DNA of 64,000 nucleotides from Ophelia neglecta (taxonomy: Eukaryota). The notes beneath the pieces are model-generated. The model saw only the letters and a list, made by a program, of their open reading frames with translations. It did no database searches and had not been told where the DNA came from. The stretch's first letter is position 1, and the number at the start of each line of letters is the position of its first letter. Below, one piece after another: positions 60,501 through 64,000 of this stretch. A program made the translations under genes and the position numbers. The stretch lies in NCBI GenBank assembly GCA_965285935.1, contig OZ260665.1:56296001-56360000 (forward strand). Direction: 5' to 3'.

Positions 60501-60911
60501 TGGGGTTCTAACTGCTTGGGAGTCGACTTTTCGTCGGGCCAGAAATATGATGTCTGTTTTAGCTGCAGAGTTTTTTATTATATGTTTTGATTGATATTAT
60601 TCGTTACTGCTCATCTTTTTTCAGTATAATTGTATATTAACAGTTACTGTAATGTTTCATGTTTAGGGAGTTTAAGCGAGTGGAGCAGAGGGGGAAGGAT
60701 GCAGTCGATTCTATAACCCACTATGAAGATGTGATCAAGACACTGGCGGCGTCTCTGATGGCCTCGATGGAAGCCAATGCCACCATGGCAGAAGCCACAT
60801 CGGCCCTACAGCAGATCTCTATAGTACAGCTGGAGACGGACGCCAATCAGACCAGGGCTCGTAGTGAGGCCCTGGCTGTGCTGGCAGGCGCTTGGAACAG
60901 TACGCCGTCAG
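39545..60911 (+). CDS. Divergent laminin chain (alpha3/5-like or beta/gamma-like); 3'-partial
   Basis: Signal peptide [18 protein letters not shown] (alternative upstream ATG 39497). Exons: 39545-39688, 40248-40442, 40586-40732, 41184-41267, 41384-41422, 41606-41683, 42652-42844, 43095-43226, 43516-43691, 44250-44355, 45486-45638, 45850-45958, 46252-46378, 46707-46827, 47363-47517, 48163-48272, 48420-48640, 48807-48943, 49192-49407, 49669-50096, 50334-50498, 50860-50968, 51692-51833, 52488-52668, 52970-53163, 53426-53569, 54060-54209, 54439-54588, 55824-56086, 57357-57533, 57702-57842, 58123-58272, 58823-59018, (59342-59527 candidate), 59853-59997, 60667-60911. LN domain ([17 protein letters not shown]), laminin EGF repeats, L4 domain ([18 protein letters not shown]), CDDC hinge, coiled coil. 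The last exon ends in a GT donor. Confidence 0.9.
46926..47258 (+). mobile_element. tRNA-derived SINE (Meta/MESC-core-like), full length
   Basis: A box tggccgagtgg, B box ggttcgaagc, central ggtgtcagtataatgtgac, (caa)n tail, perfect 14-bp TSD cataagcacaatga (46912-46925 / 47259-47272). Family assignment is from memory. Confidence 0.9.
47900..48015. mobile_element. End of a DINE-1/HINE-like (Helentron-associated) element
   Basis: (gacg)n microsatellite followed by hairpin atgcctccg...cggaggcat (47982-48011) and an A-rich end. Confidence 0.6.
50515..50640. repeat. AT-rich ~39-bp minisatellite, 3 copies
   Basis: aactattaaactaaaraaragcattaaaataaccaa repeated three times just after a laminin donor site. 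Confidence 0.9.
54761..54965. mobile_element. ~205-bp Tc1/mariner-type MITE
   Basis: TA|ctgtaaaatccttaattttc...gaaaaatataagagtttgacag|TA: imperfect TIRs with TA TSD. Confidence 0.65.
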
Positions 60912-62301
60912 GTAGGACTCTTAATATATATATGACCTGCAAGGCAAACCATTGTCTGCCGTTCTGACTTGTCAGCCCAACCATTATTATAGAAGGGACA
61001 ATCAAAGTGTATATTGCATATTGGGTGCAGATATTGCCAAACCAATATAGCAAAAATGCATATTAATATATCAAATTTTTACCATTGTTATGCATTCTTG
61101 TACACCCAGAATGGGGCAGGCATCATTTCAGTGGCAAAAATGTTAGTAATTAGTTGGAGAATCCATATTTTTGATTCTGGACATGTCCCTTTGCTTGGTT
61201 AGGAATAATCTTTTAGTGCAATTCAATAAAATGTTTAAAAAAACAAATGTTTTTTAATAAAAATGTGTCAGCTTTGGTACTCATAATTGCACTAGTGTGG
61301 TTAGGTCTTTAAACAACATGTCGCTCTGCTCTCCTGGTCTTTTACAGTTTTTAAAATATAAATATAGGCATAGGCCTACTAATCTCTTATTGAATATCTG
61401 ATCTATCTCCAGAAAAATGGATTCTATCCATACCTTACTTTGAAACACCTACAGGCTTTATTATGCTGGAAAACTGATGACGTCTCCCATGTGACTATAT
61501 GTTTATGTTTGTTTCTGGGTTTCTTTTTCTTACTTTTGACATGAAGATACAAATCATGAGGTATTCACATACAGATTTGCGGTGAATATTGTAAAAATAA
61601 ACATCTATCTATCTACATGAATAGTCTTTATTATAATGCACCAATCTTATTCAGTAGCATCCGTAAACAATAAATGTGCACTGCTGTTATGTTTTTATGC
61701 ATAATTTACACATGCGTATCTTCATCATTGACAAGTAAATGTATATGTATATATTCTTTAGTGTTTTAAATTGAACAATTAATGAATTATACAGTTAAAT
61801 ATTAAAATATATTTATGGAATCAATTAAAGCTCAGGTGAACATATAAACTAGTATTGCCATCTAATCTCCTGCTGCTGGAATGCTTGGTGGTTTATAACA
61901 CAAGGAATGCTTAACACAAGGGGCATTAAAACAACCAATTATTCTAAAATTAACAAATACAAAGGGTAAATTTTTGACATGTTATACGCCAAATTATTTT
62001 AATTTGTCCTCTTCTAAAGAACAGGCCTTTTTTCTTCCCCCTTGCACTTTGCTTTTCTTTCTTTGTATAGGATTTATTATTTGGATCTTGAGATCTTTAT
62101 AATGTCCTCATGTACCCTTTTGCTTTTTTTTCCCATTACTTCTTAAGTCTGCGGCAGCTGCTTAGATGTGTTGCTTCCACTGCTGCTAAATGATTCTGAC
62201 AATTTACTATCCATTGTTCCATCTTCTTAAGTTTGTTCCTGCTGGTTTTCCAATGTTTATATAATAAGGCTCTTTTTTAAACTTGTGAATTAGATAAACA
62301 T

Positions 62302-63441
62302 TTATAGGGTACTTTTTTTAATTGCTTTTGGGGGATATCGAACATCCGGGAAAACACGGGCTGGTACACGGCTCCTTTGGGTCAAACCATCTCTGTTTAT
62401 CACCTTTCCTGTACTTGCCCCATTGCTGCCTTTATTTGTCTGACATTGTTTGACAGGGGTATCATCCCTTGTGATAGTTTGAGATGGCCCAGAGAGATTT
62501 ACTTCGTAGGGTATTAACTCCTGCTTTACTGATGTAGCACTTTTATAAGATTCACAGGGTGTTATGATGCCTTTTTTGTATTTATGGTCAGCTTGCTCTG
62601 GGTAGAATTTTTCCCTACACATTTCAGAAGTGGCCTCACACTGGTTAGACAGTGTTTCACCTGACCAATAACCTTCACTTTGAACTGATGAGAGTGACAT
62701 TGTGTCCTCCTCCTCCTTTTCTGTTTTGAAAGTATCTGCAGTGCAATCAGTTTCGAGGAGTTCCAGAACACGATTAATCCACAGGCTTTCCACAGCTTGC
62801 AAATGATGTAGATTTTTGATCATGTGAGTTGTAACATCCACACATAACTTGGTATGGTACACCTGCCCTGTTTTGACCGTAATGTCTACCGCCACCCTTA
62901 TTTCAGTAACTTTCATTGTTTCTAGTGTTTGTCTTAATATAAATAATGAGTGTCTGGGTAATTTGGTCTGAGATTCTTTCATAATAACCTGAATATTTGA
63001 TTTTATATGGTTAGAAATATAGTTTGATGGGTATAGCTGGTCAAAGTAACCTTCATATACACCAACGTTGTCTTTCTTTTCTGTCAATTTAAAAGAATTA
63101 GGTTCTGTTGTGCACTTGTAGTGAAAGTTGTCTTTATTGATAGATTCAACACCTCGTCCGACAGTGAAATTTGGTTTTACTGAGCCAAGTACATTGGTGC
63201 CTATAAGCATTGCATGTCTTAATAAGGCTGATAGTGTTCTGCTGTAGTCATTTACTCGTTTGAACTCATTAGGAGAAGTATCTGCTCGTTTCACATCATC
63301 GAGAGTGGCAAATTGTTTAGATTCCAGTTGAAGACATCCCTTGCTCTTCAGCTCTGTCAGAGCCAGTCTCATCATCGCTGATGACAAGGGATCGTTGGCA
63401 GGGATGACGTACTCTTTCATGTTTTCTTTAATGAAAAGCAA
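62302..63441 (-). CDS. Uncharacterised intronless ORF (379 codons; first ATG at 63420 gives 372 aa), antisense within a laminin intron
   Basis: 1.1-kb uninterrupted frame in very AT-rich DNA; aaaacATG context; TATATAAA about 55 nt upstream; no recognisable domain. Confidence 0.6.
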   Translation of the reverse strand: MLFIKENMKEYVIPANDPLSSAMMRLALTELKSKGCLQLESKQFATLDDVKRADTSPNEFKRVNDYSRTLSALLRHAMLIGTNVLGSVKPNFTVGRGVESINKDNFHYKCTTEPNSFKLTEKKDNVGVYEGYFDQLYPSNYISNHIKSNIQVIMKESQTKLPRHSLFILRQTLETMKVTEIRVAVDITVKTGQVYHTKLCVDVTTHMIKNLHHLQAVESLWINRVLELLETDCTADTFKTEKEEEDTMSLSSVQSEGYWSGETLSNQCEATSEMCREKFYPEQADHKYKKGIITPCESYKSATSVKQELIPYEVNLSGPSQTITRDDTPVKQCQTNKGSNGASTGKVINRDGLTQRSRVPARVFPDVRYPPKAIKKSTL

Positions 63442-64000
63442 ATGGTAGTAATAATAGTAATAAAAAAATATAAATTTATATAATATTATATAATATTATA
63501 TACATATGTAGTATTGACAAGAAGTTGACAATAGTTGAAGCTAGTGCGCTTATTGCCATGCTGTCTGTATTCATGCACACTGATAGTATTATTGTGCCTT
63601 GCAAATATATTAATTTCCTTACCTGCCCTAAAGATCTGGATGCATAAATGATAAAAAGGTCCTACAGAATATCCTCTTACAGTTCTATAATTTTGTGTTT
63701 TGCGCAAGCAGTTGAAAAGCCAAGTTTCAAAATCTGTTTCAGAGTCATAGCTTACCAAGTGGATATTGAATTGCAAACTAGCTTGATTAACTTATATGGG
63801 AGTAGTACCATTGTGTTAGTGGTGGGTTCCCACACAGTTGCACATAAGATGTACAAGTTTATCATTATTTACCAGTAGCTCTACCGTCTAAAATCATATG
63901 AAGAACAAGAGAGTTATTCCATTAACAAAGGTGGCAAGAGTGTGGGGTGAACTTTTTTTCTGATCCCCTTCCCTGCTGCTCCCAATGAAAAAAAGTGAAC

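Overview
AT-rich, intron-rich animal genomic DNA. The repeat types suggest a lophotrochozoan such as a mollusc, but that is inference. By walking splice sites by hand I could build four spliced genes. (1) A very large GRL101/LGR type C-like GPCR on + (600-26764): 36 exons, at least about 2,130 aa, 5' end outside the window, ectodomain SMB-CTL-EGF-CUBx~5-CTL-CTL-like-LDLa x~6-LRRx6, then 7TM. (2) A 214-aa two-TM proline-rich protein with PPxY motifs on + (28794-31697). (3) Proteasome subunit alpha type-4, PSMA4, on - (33318-37800, 259 aa). (4) A divergent laminin chain on +, head-to-head with PSMA4 (39545 to beyond 60911). Its architecture is mixed beta-like and alpha3/5-like, it lacks the PLENGE motif, and it has a candidate proline-rich cassette exon in the coiled coil. 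An intact, unrecognised 372-379-aa intronless ORF lies antisense in the last visible laminin intron. Introns and intergenic DNA hold LINE remnants, a tRNA-derived SINE with a 14-bp TSD, several MITE/foldback elements and microsatellites. Most ORFs in the supplied track are exon fragments or spurious. Exon boundaries were assigned by eye and may be off by a few bases. No database searches were run.
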